Shown here piece after piece: positions 49,886 to 60,724 of a stretch of 64,000 bases of DNA. Within the stretch, counting starts at the first letter, position 1, and every line of letters begins with the position of its first letter. Position numbers and translations under genes: made by a program. The notes under the pieces are model-generated. The model searched no databases and had not been told where the DNA came from. It saw only the letters and a list, made by a program, of their open reading frames with translations. The stretch comes from Cyanophyceae cyanobacterium (GTDB taxonomy: Bacteria > Cyanobacteriota > Cyanobacteriia > Cyanobacteriales > JBHJGN01), in NCBI GenBank assembly GCA_050331735.1, contig JBHJGN010000009.1, positions 1 to 64,000 of the forward strand. Direction: 5' to 3'.

Positions 49886-52381
49886 ATGAGTCAAGTCATT
49901 GAGCTGCATTCCCTAACTGCTAAAGAGCAAGCTCTAGTTCTGTGGTTCGAGCAGGTTGGCATTGAAGATATTTCTCTGGTCGGAGGCAAAAACGCTTCTT
50001 TAGGCGAAATGATTCAACAGCTTGCCCCGAGAGGCATCAACGTCCCTACCGGATTTGCCACGACCGCTTGGGCCTATCGCACCTTTATCCAGAAAGCTGG
50101 CTTAGAAACGAAGCTGCGTCAACTGCTCAGCGATCTCGATATCGAAGATGTTGCTAATCTGCGATCGCGCGGTCGGCAAGCCAGAGCCTTAATTCTCAAC
50201 ACGCCCTTTCCTGAAGAATTAGCATCAGCAGTTACGCAAGCCTACGTTCAGCTTTGTCAGCGGTACGACACCGAGATTGGGCACAGCAATGAACTCGATT
50301 CCCAACTGTACGAGTCTCGCTGCAACATCGATGTAGCCGTGCGCTCCTCAGCCACCGCCGAAGATCTGCCCGATGCTAGCTTCGCCGGTCAGCAAGAAAC
50401 CTACCTCAATGTTCACGGACTGCAAGCTGTCCTGGAATCCTGCCATCGCTGCTTCGCCTCTCTGTTTACCGACCGCGCAATTTCCTACCGCACCCTCAAC
50501 GGCTTCGACCATTTTGACGTAGCGTTATCGGTAGGCGTTCAAAAGATGGTCCGCTCCGACCTTGCCGTTTCTGGAGTGATGTTTTCCATTGATACCGAAA
50601 CCGGATTTCGCAACGCAGCTCTCATTACCGCGGCCTACGGACTGGGGGAAAACGTCGTTCAAGGAGCCGTCAACCCCGATGAATACTTTGTGTTTAAGCC
50701 GACCTTAACGCAGGGATATCAACCCATTCTGCAAAAACGCCTCGGTAGCAAAGAAATCAAGATGATCTACGACCTCGGCGGCAGTAAGCTGACAAAAAAC
50801 GTGCCGGTGCCGCTCGCTGAACGCCATCAATACGCCCTCAGCGATGAGGAAATTCTCACTCTGGGGCGATGGTCTAGCCTGATTGAGGAGCATTATTCCC
50901 GAGTGCGGGGTCAGTATACGCCGATGGATATCGAATGGGCTAAAGACGGCATCACGGGAGAGCTCTTTATCGTCCAGGCTCGTCCGGAAACGGTACAGTC
51001 TCAAAAGTCTCACAATACGCTCCAAACCTTCAAGCTGCAAGGCACAGGTCCGGTGCTAGTCGAAGGACGGGCGGTGGGTGACAGCGTTGGTCAAGGCCTC
51101 GCCCGCGTCATCCTCGACGTCCGCAAGCTCGAAGAGTTTCAGCCCGGGGAGGTGTTAGTGGCGAACAAAACTGACCCAGACTGGGAACCAATTATGAAAC
51201 AGGCCCAGGCGATTGTCACCAATCAAGGCGGACGCACCTGCCACGCCGCCATCATTGCCCGCGAGATGGGAATTCCAGCCATTGTCGGCTGTGGAACTGC
51301 AACGGCAGATATTCAGTCGGGTCAAGCCGTCACGGTTTCCTGCGCCCAAGGCGAACAGGGTAAAGTGTACGAGGGGTTGATTCCATTTGCCGTCGAAGAA
51401 ACGCCGGTCAATAATCTACCCCGCCCGCGTACGCAAATTCTCATGAACGTGGGTAACCCTGAAGAAGCCTTTGGTCTATCGGCCATTCCCTGTGATGGTG
51501 TCGGTTTGGCGCGGCTGGAGTTTATTATTGCCAATCACATTAAAGTTCATCCTCTGGCCTTGATTCAGTTTGATGCTATCAAAGATGCCGGAGTCAAATC
51601 TCAAATTGCTCAGTTGACTTCTCTATATACCAACAAGCCTCAGTTCTTTGTCGATAGGCTAGCTCAGGGAATGGCAACCCTCGCAGCGGCGTTTTATCCC
51701 AAGCCCGTTATCGTCCGCCTGTCGGACTTCAAGAGTAACGAGTATGCCAACCTACTGGGAGGAAAACAGTTTGAACCAGCCGAAGAAAACCCGATGCTGG
51801 GCTGGCGAGGAGCCTCTCGCTACTATGACTCTGGATACAAAGCCGCGTTTGGTCTAGAGTGTCAAGCCCTGAAGCAGGTCAGAGACGGGATGGGTCTGGT
51901 CAACGTTATTCCGATGATTCCGTTTTGTCGCACCCCGGCAGAGGGGCAGAAAGTGCTAGGAGAGATGGCACAGCATGGCTTGGTTAGAGGAAAAAATGGC
52001 TTGCAAGTCTACATGATGTGCGAGATTCCCAGCAACGTGATTCTCATGGATGACTATAGCCAAATATTCGATGGGTTTTCGATCGGCTCCAACGACCTCA
52101 CGCAACTGACGTTGGGCTTGGATCGCGATTCAGCGTTGGTAGCCAGTCTTTTTGACGAGCGCAACAAGGCCGTTTTGGAAATGGTGCGGATGGCAGTCGG
52201 TAAAGCCAAGCAGAACGGACGCAAAATTGGGATCTGCGGACAAGCCCCGAGCGATTATCCAGAGTTTGCCGAGTTTTTGGTCGAGCAGGGCATCGATTCG
52301 ATGAGCCTTAACTCGGATACCGTTCTTAAAACCCGCTTACAGGTTGCCGCAGTGGAAGAAGCGATCGCTCAACAGAGCTAA
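49886..52381 (+). CDS. ppsA: Phosphoenolpyruvate synthase
   Basis: VGGKNASLGEM, RSSATAED, GGRTCHAAI and IGSNDLTQ motifs. Confidence 0.96.
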   Translation: MSQVIELHSLTAKEQALVLWFEQVGIEDISLVGGKNASLGEMIQQLAPRGINVPTGFATTAWAYRTFIQKAGLETKLRQLLSDLDIEDVANLRSRGRQARALILNTPFPEELASAVTQAYVQLCQRYDTEIGHSNELDSQLYESRCNIDVAVRSSATAEDLPDASFAGQQETYLNVHGLQAVLESCHRCFASLFTDRAISYRTLNGFDHFDVALSVGVQKMVRSDLAVSGVMFSIDTETGFRNAALITAAYGLGENVVQGAVNPDEYFVFKPTLTQGYQPILQKRLGSKEIKMIYDLGGSKLTKNVPVPLAERHQYALSDEEILTLGRWSSLIEEHYSRVRGQYTPMDIEWAKDGITGELFIVQARPETVQSQKSHNTLQTFKLQGTGPVLVEGRAVGDSVGQGLARVILDVRKLEEFQPGEVLVANKTDPDWEPIMKQAQAIVTNQGGRTCHAAIIAREMGIPAIVGCGTATADIQSGQAVTVSCAQGEQGKVYEGLIPFAVEETPVNNLPRPRTQILMNVGNPEEAFGLSAIPCDGVGLARLEFIIANHIKVHPLALIQFDAIKDAGVKSQIAQLTSLYTNKPQFFVDRLAQGMATLAAAFYPKPVIVRLSDFKSNEYANLLGGKQFEPAEENPMLGWRGASRYYDSGYKAAFGLECQALKQVRDGMGLVNVIPMIPFCRTPAEGQKVLGEMAQHGLVRGKNGLQVYMMCEIPSNVILMDDYSQIFDGFSIGSNDLTQLTLGLDRDSALVASLFDERNKAVLEMVRMAVGKAKQNGRKIGICGQAPSDYPEFAEFLVEQGIDSMSLNSDTVLKTRLQVAAVEEAIAQQS

Positions 52382-52624
52382 TTTATTTGCTCTTCAGCAG
52401 GCTTGGTCATCTTGCACAAAATCGGACCAATCAGGGGTGACCTCCCCAAAAGCTGCTGTTTATTATCCGCTCAGTGGCTAATCTCCCCGAAAGAGGCCCG
52501 TTGTCTCTGTGGTAGATCGCTAGATCCTGTTGAGGAGCCTTAAGCAAAGTTATATTAGGTCTACTACTATAGAGTGTCGTTTGTAAACGTGATGAGCCGA
52601 ATTGTGAAGCGGTGCTGGAATAAT

Positions 52625-54334
52625 ATGAGTGCAAGGACGAGGCTAGCTTTCCCGGCCTTCGTTATCTTGTTACTGAGTGCTTGTCGGCTTTCCATCGGTC
52701 CAACGAGCCCAGTTGATTCCTCTAACCAGCAGGGATTGAACGTCAAATTTTTAGTTGGCAGCAACTTAGCAGAGTTTTGCCAGCAGGCAGCCACCCGCCT
52801 CAACAACACTAATCCCACACTGGAGGACGGACAAGCGTTTTCTATGAGTTGCGAAGCCAAAGGCAGCGGGGATGTTGTCAGTACCGTGCTTGCTTTGGCC
52901 AGTCAGTATCAAGCAGGAACGATTGCCGCGGAAGCCCCCGAGTTTCCCACCCTACTTTCTGTAGATGGCGAGATCTATCAAAGTCAGCTAATCTACCAGA
53001 TGAATAGAGTCTTTGCAGGACAAAACTACATTCCTGCCATCACAGACTCTCCTCTCATTGCCTATAGCCCGATGGTGTTTATGACTAGAACGGATCTGGC
53101 TTCAGGTCTCAACCAAGTTGACGACCTTTACACCGCGCTAGTCGAATATAGTGACCATCGCCAGCTCGATTCGAGTGCTCCCGCCTTCCCCATTACCTAC
53201 GTTCACACGGCTCCAACCCGTTCTAATTCTGGCTTGCAAACCCTCGTTGCTCAGTTTGCCTCAGTCGCTAACAAACGTCCCGAAGAGTTAACCATCGCAG
53301 ACGTTCAGCAATATCAAGATCAGGTCCGGCAAATCCAAAGCAAAATTACTCGCTACGGGACGTCAACGGGGTCTTTAGCAAAATCGATGGTTGCGAATGG
53401 TCCCTTTTGGGCCTCTGTTGGCTCAGTGTATGAATCGTCAGTGGTGGCTGCTAATGCTCAAGGCGACGGTCAAACGACTTACCAAGCCGTTTATCCCGAT
53501 GCAACCTTCAGCTCCAACATTCGCGCCATCCTGCCTGATGCTCCCTGGGTCAGCGCTGACGAAAAAGCGGCAGCTCAACGAGTGATTGAGTATCTGCGTC
53601 AGCCAGAGATTCAGCAAATTGCGGTAGATCTGGGTCTGCGTCCCGGTGTTCCAGGAGTTTCTGTAGACCAGTTTTCTGCTCAACTTGGGGTAGAGCCTAG
53701 CCCTAGCTACGATTCCTATCGTCCGCCCCAGCCCGAAGTTGTAGAGGCGATGCTGCAAAGCTGGCAAACCTATGCCAAAAAGCCGTCTCAGGTGGCGGTA
53801 GTTATTGATACTTCAGGCTCGATGCAGGGACAGAAACTAGCCGCTGTTCAGAATACTCTCCTCAATTACGTTGAAAACCTGGGACCAAAAGAGGACATTG
53901 CTCTCATTAGCTTTAGCTCTGCGATCAACGAGCCTGTAATCGTATCTGGAACTGAGCAAGGGCGCGATCGCGGAGTCCAGTTTATTAGCAACCTCCAGGC
54001 TGGTGGAGACACCAGGCTATACGACAGTGCGCTCTATGCGCGGAACTGGCTCTCGCAAAACTTAGACTCCAGTGCCATCAACGCTGTGCTGATTTTGACC
54101 GATGGCGAAGATTCTGGCTCACGAATCTCCCTTCCTCAACTCGCTCAAGAACTAGAGCAAAGTGGTTTCTCGTCCGACCAGCGGATTGCTTTCTTTACGG
54201 TGGGATACGGTCGAGAAGGAGAGTTTAATCCTACGGTTCTCCAAGAAATTGCCGACCTCAATGGTGGGTATTATCGCCAAGGCAATCCCGAAACAATTTC
54301 GACATTGATGGCCGATTTGCAGGTAGAGTTCTAA
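52625..54334 (+). CDS. Lipoprotein: solute-binding domain fused to vWA (start uncertain, 52574-52625)
   Basis: LLSAC lipobox, P.RSNSG, YES; C-terminal DTSGS MIDAS, T.LYD and LTDG. Confidence 0.85.
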   Translation: MSARTRLAFPAFVILLLSACRLSIGPTSPVDSSNQQGLNVKFLVGSNLAEFCQQAATRLNNTNPTLEDGQAFSMSCEAKGSGDVVSTVLALASQYQAGTIAAEAPEFPTLLSVDGEIYQSQLIYQMNRVFAGQNYIPAITDSPLIAYSPMVFMTRTDLASGLNQVDDLYTALVEYSDHRQLDSSAPAFPITYVHTAPTRSNSGLQTLVAQFASVANKRPEELTIADVQQYQDQVRQIQSKITRYGTSTGSLAKSMVANGPFWASVGSVYESSVVAANAQGDGQTTYQAVYPDATFSSNIRAILPDAPWVSADEKAAAQRVIEYLRQPEIQQIAVDLGLRPGVPGVSVDQFSAQLGVEPSPSYDSYRPPQPEVVEAMLQSWQTYAKKPSQVAVVIDTSGSMQGQKLAAVQNTLLNYVENLGPKEDIALISFSSAINEPVIVSGTEQGRDRGVQFISNLQAGGDTRLYDSALYARNWLSQNLDSSAINAVLILTDGEDSGSRISLPQLAQELEQSGFSSDQRIAFFTVGYGREGEFNPTVLQEIADLNGGYYRQGNPETISTLMADLQVEF

Positions 54335-55051
54335 ATGATCGCTAATCCGCTTCGTTATCCGATAGCTGTGCTGGCAGGGGGAATCGTGCTCTTTGTAGGG
54401 GTACGACTGCTTCAACTGCCGAGTGCGGCGATGCTGCCAGCTTCAGCCGCGATCGCCTGCCTGGGTTCAGCTTTTCTGAAGTCTCGAGAACCAGAAAGAA
54501 TCAACCTCGGCAACCCCGCCCTAGAACAAGAGCTTCAGTCGGTACAGCAGCAGGCTCACCGGCTGGCTCAACAAGCCGAAAGCCTCCGCGCTGAGGCGGA
54601 AAAATTGCTCACTTCTTCCACCCAGATAGACCTCCTAGTAGCGGTACAGTACGCCTGCGATCGCGCCATCGAGCTGCCGCAAAAGCTGGCTCGGCTCGTG
54701 CGTCGCCTCCACGGGGCTGATTCGCTGCTGTCTCCTCAAGACTTACAGCAGCAGCTTCAGGAAGTTCAGGAAAAACAGCGCCACAGTTCCGGCGTCGCTC
54801 GTCAACAGCTCGACCGCTTGGCAGAGAGTCTCAGACGCAATCTCACTCTCGCCCGCCAGGGGCAGGATGCTCGGCAGGCACAAGTAATCTCCCTTTCTAC
54901 TCTCATCACCGATTCTGCCGGAGTCCTACAGCAGCTCCAAAATCGCCTGCGGACCTCGGATTTACAAGACTCCGAACAGATTCAGGAGCTGCGCTCCCTC
55001 AGTGAAGAACTCAGCGGTTTTCAAGAAAATGTCGATGTTCTTGTCCGATAA
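54335..55051 (+). CDS. Membrane-anchored coiled-coil protein
   Basis: Two N-terminal TM segments, then a Q/L-rich coiled coil; abuts the upstream stop codon. Confidence 0.75.
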   Translation: MIANPLRYPIAVLAGGIVLFVGVRLLQLPSAAMLPASAAIACLGSAFLKSREPERINLGNPALEQELQSVQQQAHRLAQQAESLRAEAEKLLTSSTQIDLLVAVQYACDRAIELPQKLARLVRRLHGADSLLSPQDLQQQLQEVQEKQRHSSGVARQQLDRLAESLRRNLTLARQGQDARQAQVISLSTLITDSAGVLQQLQNRLRTSDLQDSEQIQELRSLSEELSGFQENVDVLVR

Positions 55052-55077
55052 TAGACACAAAAGCGACTGCTAGATTC

Positions 55078-56145
55078 ATGAATCGCCCCCTTGCCTCTGT
55101 TGGTATCATTCTTGCCTCGCTGGGCTTGACCTACGCCCCGCTGCCGGGAGTCCAGCGGACAGTGATCGTCGTCAGCGGAACGGAACTTCAGGAGCCTTTA
55201 GAAAAACTAGAACCCAGATTTGAGCAAGAAAACCCGAATATCGACCTGAAGCTAGAGTTTCAGGGATCTCAGGATATTGTTAACAACTATGTAGAGCGGC
55301 GCAACGATTTTACGCCGACGGTGCTGATCCCAGCCAATGGAGTGCTGCTTGAGGAGTTGAGCGATCGCTTGACGGCCCAAGGAGAAACCCCGTTTACCGA
55401 TGCTCCCCAGTCCATTGCCAAAACCATGTTAGTTGGCATTGCTTGGCCTGAACGCGGTCAGGTATTGTTCCCCACCGGGTTTGAGTGGGACAACATAGAA
55501 GAAGCGATGGAACAGCGCAACTGGGAAACGATTGGTGGAGAGCCTTGGGGCAGTTTTGATTTTATCACGACCGACCCTACTCGTTCTAATAGCGGCCAAC
55601 TGACGCTGAGTCTATGGACTCTGGCAGAGATGGGAGATTTAGACTTGAATTCTCCGGCTGTTGCCGAACTGTATGCTCTGATCAAAAGTTCGGTCTATCA
55701 GCCCCCTCGTTCCACCGACATTCTCTTGCAGGAATTTATTACTCGCGGTCCCAACGATGCCGATGTTGCCACCGTTTACGAAAGTATTGCTCTCTACCGC
55801 TGGTCCCAGGCTCAAACAACTCAGGGCCAAGCCTACCAAATTTACTATCTCGATCCCACTATCGAAACCGTCGCCACGGCGGCAATTATGCGTCGTGATG
55901 TCGATTCCCAGACCACTGAAGCGGCTCGTCAGTTTTTAGAGTTTCTCACCGCGCCTCAGCAACAGGAAGTGTTTGCCGAGTACGGCTTTCGACCGACGGC
56001 TAATGTTGATTTACAGTCGGTTCCCAATAGTCCCTGGTCCCAAGGTATTCCCGGTGCTCAAGTCGCTCCTGCCGTCGAGATAGTGCCGCCTCCAGACACC
56101 GCCGCTATTCGAGAAATCCAGCGGGTCTGGAATCGAGTTAATTAA
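55078..56145 (+). CDS. Solute-binding protein, paralogous to the N-terminal part of the vWA lipoprotein
   Basis: Shares GS.D.V, PTRSNSG, ST..L and VYES; C-terminal YGFRP. Confidence 0.82.
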   Translation: MNRPLASVGIILASLGLTYAPLPGVQRTVIVVSGTELQEPLEKLEPRFEQENPNIDLKLEFQGSQDIVNNYVERRNDFTPTVLIPANGVLLEELSDRLTAQGETPFTDAPQSIAKTMLVGIAWPERGQVLFPTGFEWDNIEEAMEQRNWETIGGEPWGSFDFITTDPTRSNSGQLTLSLWTLAEMGDLDLNSPAVAELYALIKSSVYQPPRSTDILLQEFITRGPNDADVATVYESIALYRWSQAQTTQGQAYQIYYLDPTIETVATAAIMRRDVDSQTTEAARQFLEFLTAPQQQEVFAEYGFRPTANVDLQSVPNSPWSQGIPGAQVAPAVEIVPPPDTAAIREIQRVWNRVN

Positions 56146-56313
56146 AAATTCAAGAAGAGTGGCCCCTTTCCAGTCCAAAACCCGACTCGTCTTTTTTGGA
56201 CTCTAAAATTTTGACTATCTTAATACAGCGTCCGGCAATTTTTGGAGATGGGTGGAGCAGAACCTCTTAATCCGGTAAAATGACTCTTGGTTTTTCTAGC
56301 CGGAAAGAGCTTC

Positions 56314-56871
56314 ATGATATCTAGTAACGACTTTCGCAGCGGTGTAACAATTGAACTGGATGGGTCTGTGTGGCGAGTGGTGGAATTTCTTCACGTTAAA
56401 CCCGGTAAAGGCTCGGCGTTCGTGCGGACGAAGCTAAAAAATGTTCAGTCTGGAAACGTAGTGGAGCGGACCTTCCGCGCTGGAGAAACGGTGCCCCAGG
56501 CAACCCTGGAAAAGCGCACAATGCAGCACACCTACAAAGAGGGCGAACAGTTCGTTTTCATGGATATGGAAACGTTTGAAGAAAGCCGCTTGAACGAAGA
56601 GCAAATTGGCGATCGCGTCAAGTATCTGATGGAAGGGATGGAGGCCAACGTCATCTTTTGGAACGGGCAGGTGCTGGAAGTTGAGCTACCCACCTCGGTG
56701 GTGTTAGAAGTGATTGAAACCGACCCAGGCGTGAAAGGAGATACGGCGACAGGAGGAACGAAACCAGCGACGGTTTCTACCGGAGCGCAGGTGATGGTGC
56801 CGCTGTTCATTTCCATCGGGGAAAGAATTAAAATCGACACGCGCACCGACTCCTATTTAGGTAGAGAGTAG
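56314..56871 (+). CDS. efp: Elongation factor P
   Basis: [17 protein letters not shown] and VPLFI motifs. Confidence 0.97.
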   Translation: MISSNDFRSGVTIELDGSVWRVVEFLHVKPGKGSAFVRTKLKNVQSGNVVERTFRAGETVPQATLEKRTMQHTYKEGEQFVFMDMETFEESRLNEEQIGDRVKYLMEGMEANVIFWNGQVLEVELPTSVVLEVIETDPGVKGDTATGGTKPATVSTGAQVMVPLFISIGERIKIDTRTDSYLGRE

Positions 56872-56941
56872 CATGACCTTGCTGAAACTGGCGATCGCAT
56901 AACTATCGGCGACTAAACATTTAAGAGGATGTATTGTTCTT

Positions 56942-57400
56942 GTGTCAATAGATTTAAATCAACTCCGGGAATTTGTAATTGCGATCGCTCATACCAACAT
57001 TACTGAATTAACTCTTAAAAGCGAAGACTTCGAGCTAGCCGTAAAGAAGGAGATCGCGACGACAGCAGACAAAATTAATGGCGATACCCCGGTCCTCCCC
57101 TCACCTCCTCAAGACTTAGTTGTTCCGCCCAGTCCTCCTGCTGAAGCTTCTAAAAGCAAATGGGTCGCCATTACTTCTCCGATGGTCGGAACCTTCTATC
57201 GCGCTCCGGCTCCAGGAGAAGCCCCCTTCGTGGAAAACAATGACCACATTCGTGTTGGTCAAACCGTTTGCATCATCGAAGCCATGAAGCTCATGAACGA
57301 AATTGAGTCAGAAGTTTCAGGGCAGGTCGTGGAGGTAAGCGTCGAAAATGGCGATCCGGTTGAGTACGGTCAGACGCTGATGTGGATCGAGCCAGACTAG
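56942..57400 (+). CDS. accB: Acetyl-CoA carboxylase biotin carboxyl carrier protein
   Basis: SPMVGTFY and EAMKLMNEI; efp-accB order. Confidence 0.97.
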   Translation: MSIDLNQLREFVIAIAHTNITELTLKSEDFELAVKKEIATTADKINGDTPVLPSPPQDLVVPPSPPAEASKSKWVAITSPMVGTFYRAPAPGEAPFVENNDHIRVGQTVCIIEAMKLMNEIESEVSGQVVEVSVENGDPVEYGQTLMWIEPD

Positions 57401-57569
57401 CTTTAAAAAGCTGTTAGCTCTTAGCTTTTAGCTAACGGTTAGTCGCTGTTCATTCCCAACGTTCCCTTGACGACTAGACGAAAATATCGCCCGGTTACTG
57501 TGGTGGCCTTCAACAGTTTGGCACTAAGTCGTTTGTTGACTAGACGATATCAACTTTCTGAGAACCTAG

Positions 57570-58184
57570 CTAAAAAGCAAAATTTTCTGCAAAGCTTTGA
57601 CGAGTCATTGGCTGATCCACGATCAGTCCTTCGCCTCCCAAAACTTCTAAGGGTTCTCCTCCCACGCTGATCCACACCGAACTACTCGGCTCTAAACTCG
57701 TCGCCGTGTAAATAACTTGGCCCAAACGACCCATCATCGAAGCGCTACCGCCGCCAGAGGTAAACTGCTGAGACAGATCCACATGAACTCCATCTGGCTT
57801 CATCTCAACGTTGAGGAGCCGAGTTCCTTCAGGAATCGTCGTGGAGTAAGCTTGCTCACTTGGCCCTGCTAACAGAGATTCAAACGCTTTTTCCATCACT
57901 TCAACGGGCGGGGCAGATTCCGGCACCGTTACGGTCACGTCACTGGGCAGTAGCTCTAGCTCACCAATCTGATTGAGCCAGTAAACCTGAACGCTAGTTT
58001 CCTGGAGAACTGGAGTTGACGGCTGCTCTATCGGTTGCGGGGTAGGCTGAGAGGTTGTTTGAGGAGGAGCGGTTGATTGCAGCGAATGAATTGCCCACCA
58101 AGCCATTGCTCCGCCGGCGGTGATCGCCGCCACCCCAATGCCAACAATTAACCCCAGTGGAGAACGCTTTTTATCTACTGACAT
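57570..58184 (-). CDS. GerMN domain protein
   Basis: TTIP.GT.LL and VDLS..F..GGGSASM..RL.QVIYTAT motifs. Confidence 0.85.
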   Translation of the reverse strand: MSVDKKRSPLGLIVGIGVAAITAGGAMAWWAIHSLQSTAPPQTTSQPTPQPIEQPSTPVLQETSVQVYWLNQIGELELLPSDVTVTVPESAPPVEVMEKAFESLLAGPSEQAYSTTIPEGTRLLNVEMKPDGVHVDLSQQFTSGGGSASMMGRLGQVIYTATSLEPSSSVWISVGGEPLEVLGGEGLIVDQPMTRQSFAENFAF

Positions 58185-58327
58185 AACAATCCCTCATAAA
58201 TCTTGATAGAGATTTCAATCGCCGGTTTCCAGCAAAGAGAGAGACACAGCGCTGCTAGTAGCTGAATCGCGGCTAGAAATCATGCGGATCCCTTTTACTG
58301 TATCTTCATTTGTAGATGTAACGTTAG

Positions 58328-59104
58328 TTACGTCTTTTCCACGCGAATGAATGCCGCCATCTTTAATCGCTCTGCCTGTATGTCTAATTGTAAAAGCCGA
58401 GCCACAATTCCGGCCTCTTCTAATCGGCGCAGATCGAAAAAGCGCTGACTGATCCCCTGGGCGATGCCCTGCAGTAGTCTCTGAGACAGAGGACGACCAT
58501 CAATTGTTCCCTTTGGCTCAACCAACAGTAGCGTATGGCCATCGCTCACCTCCAGCCCTGATTCTAGGCTTACTCTCAACGACTCATCAGTGCCAGCCTG
58601 CTTTAGCTCTGCCTGAATCCGCAGCCGCGTACTGTCTAGCTCTAGGCGAGGATCAACGAGCTCGTACTCCCTGGCTTGAGTCGCTCCTGGCAACTGGCTC
58701 AACAACTGCTGAAGTTGAGATTGAACCAGGGGAGACTGTAGGGCCTGGTTCAGATCGGTTTCTGTCAGCACTAGCCTTACGCCCCCCTGGAGCTGGGCAA
58801 CGGAGTCTTGAATATTGCCGCTGCTTTGGAGCTGTTCCCAGTCAATCGCCATCGGGTCGGTTTCTAGCTCCAACGCTTCAATTCTCAAATCTTCAATCGG
58901 CTCCAGACCGCGGCTGGCAATGCGGAGCCGCTCGATCTTTCCCTGCAAAATTTGGTAGCTGGGAGCGTTGTCAATTCTCACTTCTAGCTGTTCAACGGCA
59001 GCAATCTGAGAGCGAATTCTGTTTTCAAGGACGCTATCTAAAATTAAGCCAGCCGGGGAAATAGCAGCCAGCAGGCTAGCGAGAATAATTGTGACCCATT
59101 CCAT
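58328..59104 (-). CDS. DUF2993 (LmeA-like) protein
   Basis: L.VRIDNAP.YQILQG..ERLRIA, LELETD and LTE.DLNQAL motifs. Confidence 0.75.
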   Translation of the reverse strand: MEWVTIILASLLAAISPAGLILDSVLENRIRSQIAAVEQLEVRIDNAPSYQILQGKIERLRIASRGLEPIEDLRIEALELETDPMAIDWEQLQSSGNIQDSVAQLQGGVRLVLTETDLNQALQSPLVQSQLQQLLSQLPGATQAREYELVDPRLELDSTRLRIQAELKQAGTDESLRVSLESGLEVSDGHTLLLVEPKGTIDGRPLSQRLLQGIAQGISQRFFDLRRLEEAGIVARLLQLDIQAERLKMAAFIRVEKT

Positions 59105-60599
59105 CTGCCATGTCCTTATCTAGCGGTAGCTGCTGTTCTAGTGCTGGTAGCTTGAGCAACACTCCTGCCACAAACCAATAGTAAACCGCCACCGGATCGA
59201 CAGCTAGCGGATAGTAGTAGGGATTGTAGCTAATGAACAACACAAATAGCCAGAGGCACAAACCCAAGCGTCGCAGAGACGAACTGTGGATGGAGCGGTA
59301 GGCGTTGAAGGTCAAAATCGTGAGTATCGTCACCAGCACGAGAAAGGCGATCGTTCCGACAATCCCGACTTCGTAGAGAAGCCGCGCGTGAAACGTCTCA
59401 ATCAGTCTGATCTCTCCAAGGCGACGGGCAGCGCTGGTGGCTCGTCCTAACCCATTTCCCAGCAGGGTTAAACTGTTGCGCATCACTTCACTCATTTGCC
59501 CCACCATAAACTCCGGCGGTGGCGAGTACTGCCAGCGCTCCACCAAGCTGACGAGCTGCTGCTGCACTAGCTGCATTCGACTGACTAAGACCAGGAGAAA
59601 AGCAACGCTTCCTAGCGCCATCGGCAGCCGTCGTTTGGGCTGGGTCGCCACGAGCAACCCCAGTAAGATAATCGGCACCACCAACAGAGCAATTCGTTGA
59701 CCAGAAATAACGGCTGCGAGAGCAATCAATCCCATCGCGGCGATGCTCAGGATTTGCCACAGACGCGAGCGCTCGCCGACAACAGCAGCGAAGGCAAAAA
59801 AGCTATTCGCAATCAAAAACCAGCCCCACTGCCAGGGAGAAACAAACGTTCCTGGCAGACGGAGAAGATTCGCTGTGGGGTTATAGAGCAACGAGCCGCC
59901 AACAAAACAGCGAGCCTGTAAACTCGCGCGAAAGGTCGCAGGCTCGGGCAAGCTACTGCTGCCCGCGCATACCCCGTTGACCAAAAATAAATACTGCACC
60001 ACACACAGACTACAGCAGATGAGCATCAAGACGACCTGGAGACGCATAAACACAAAGAGCTGAGTGCGATCGCGAATCAAATAGTTGGCACAGAGAATCA
60101 GCGGAATGTACCCAACGAAAATTTTTAAACCAATGATTCCCATCAACAGAGGACTGCCAGAATCGGCTGTCAACTGCTGCGGGAGATTCACCAACAAAAG
60201 CGTACCCAAACTCACTCCTAGCAGGCAGAAAAACCCCACCAGCAATGATTTCGGAGGAAGGGTCAGACGCGAGAACGCTAACCCGACTAGCGCCGGGAAA
60301 TAAAACGCATCTTTAGCCAAATGAAAAAGACCGTAGGCCGAGGAGTAGACTACTTTACCACCAACAGCTTGGTAAATTGACCCGATAGAATAGGTGATCG
60401 TGCCGCCAAACGGCAGGTAAATTAGAAATAGCCACAGCCCGAGACGAGGATATCTCAAGGCCAGCGCCATTGCTATCACGAGGAAGCTGCCGACGACCCC
60501 CACCTGGAAACTTTTCATAAAAACGAGGACAGAACTGGCGCAGACGGCCACGAAGACTGCCGCAACCCAGTAGAGAGCCTGTTTATCGAAATCGCTCAT
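59076..60599 (-). CDS. HpsL-like polysaccharide biosynthesis membrane protein (O-antigen ligase/Wzy-like)
   Basis: Multi-TM; FLIYLPFGGT, RLPGTFVSPWQW and YYPLAVDPVAVYYW motifs. Confidence 0.7.
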   Translation of the reverse strand: MSDFDKQALYWVAAVFVAVCASSVLVFMKSFQVGVVGSFLVIAMALALRYPRLGLWLFLIYLPFGGTITYSIGSIYQAVGGKVVYSSAYGLFHLAKDAFYFPALVGLAFSRLTLPPKSLLVGFFCLLGVSLGTLLLVNLPQQLTADSGSPLLMGIIGLKIFVGYIPLILCANYLIRDRTQLFVFMRLQVVLMLICCSLCVVQYLFLVNGVCAGSSSLPEPATFRASLQARCFVGGSLLYNPTANLLRLPGTFVSPWQWGWFLIANSFFAFAAVVGERSRLWQILSIAAMGLIALAAVISGQRIALLVVPIILLGLLVATQPKRRLPMALGSVAFLLVLVSRMQLVQQQLVSLVERWQYSPPPEFMVGQMSEVMRNSLTLLGNGLGRATSAARRLGEIRLIETFHARLLYEVGIVGTIAFLVLVTILTILTFNAYRSIHSSSLRRLGLCLWLFVLFISYNPYYYPLAVDPVAVYYWFVAGVLLKLPALEQQLPLDKDMADGMGHNYSR

Positions 60600-60724
60600 A
60601 GTTTTCTAGCCTTAGAGAAGCTTAGATTAGTCAATCCAGCTAATTTTTGCAAACCTGGAATCTAATTTAACTGATGTTTTAGAGTGATAAAATAAGCACG
60701 CTCCGGTCTAAAAAGGAAAATCCC

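Noticed and set aside
57410..57552. TTAGCT-type short repeats and a GACTAGACGA direct repeat after accB
   Set aside because: Short and located between convergent genes; at most a terminator or STRR-like remnant, with no supportable function.
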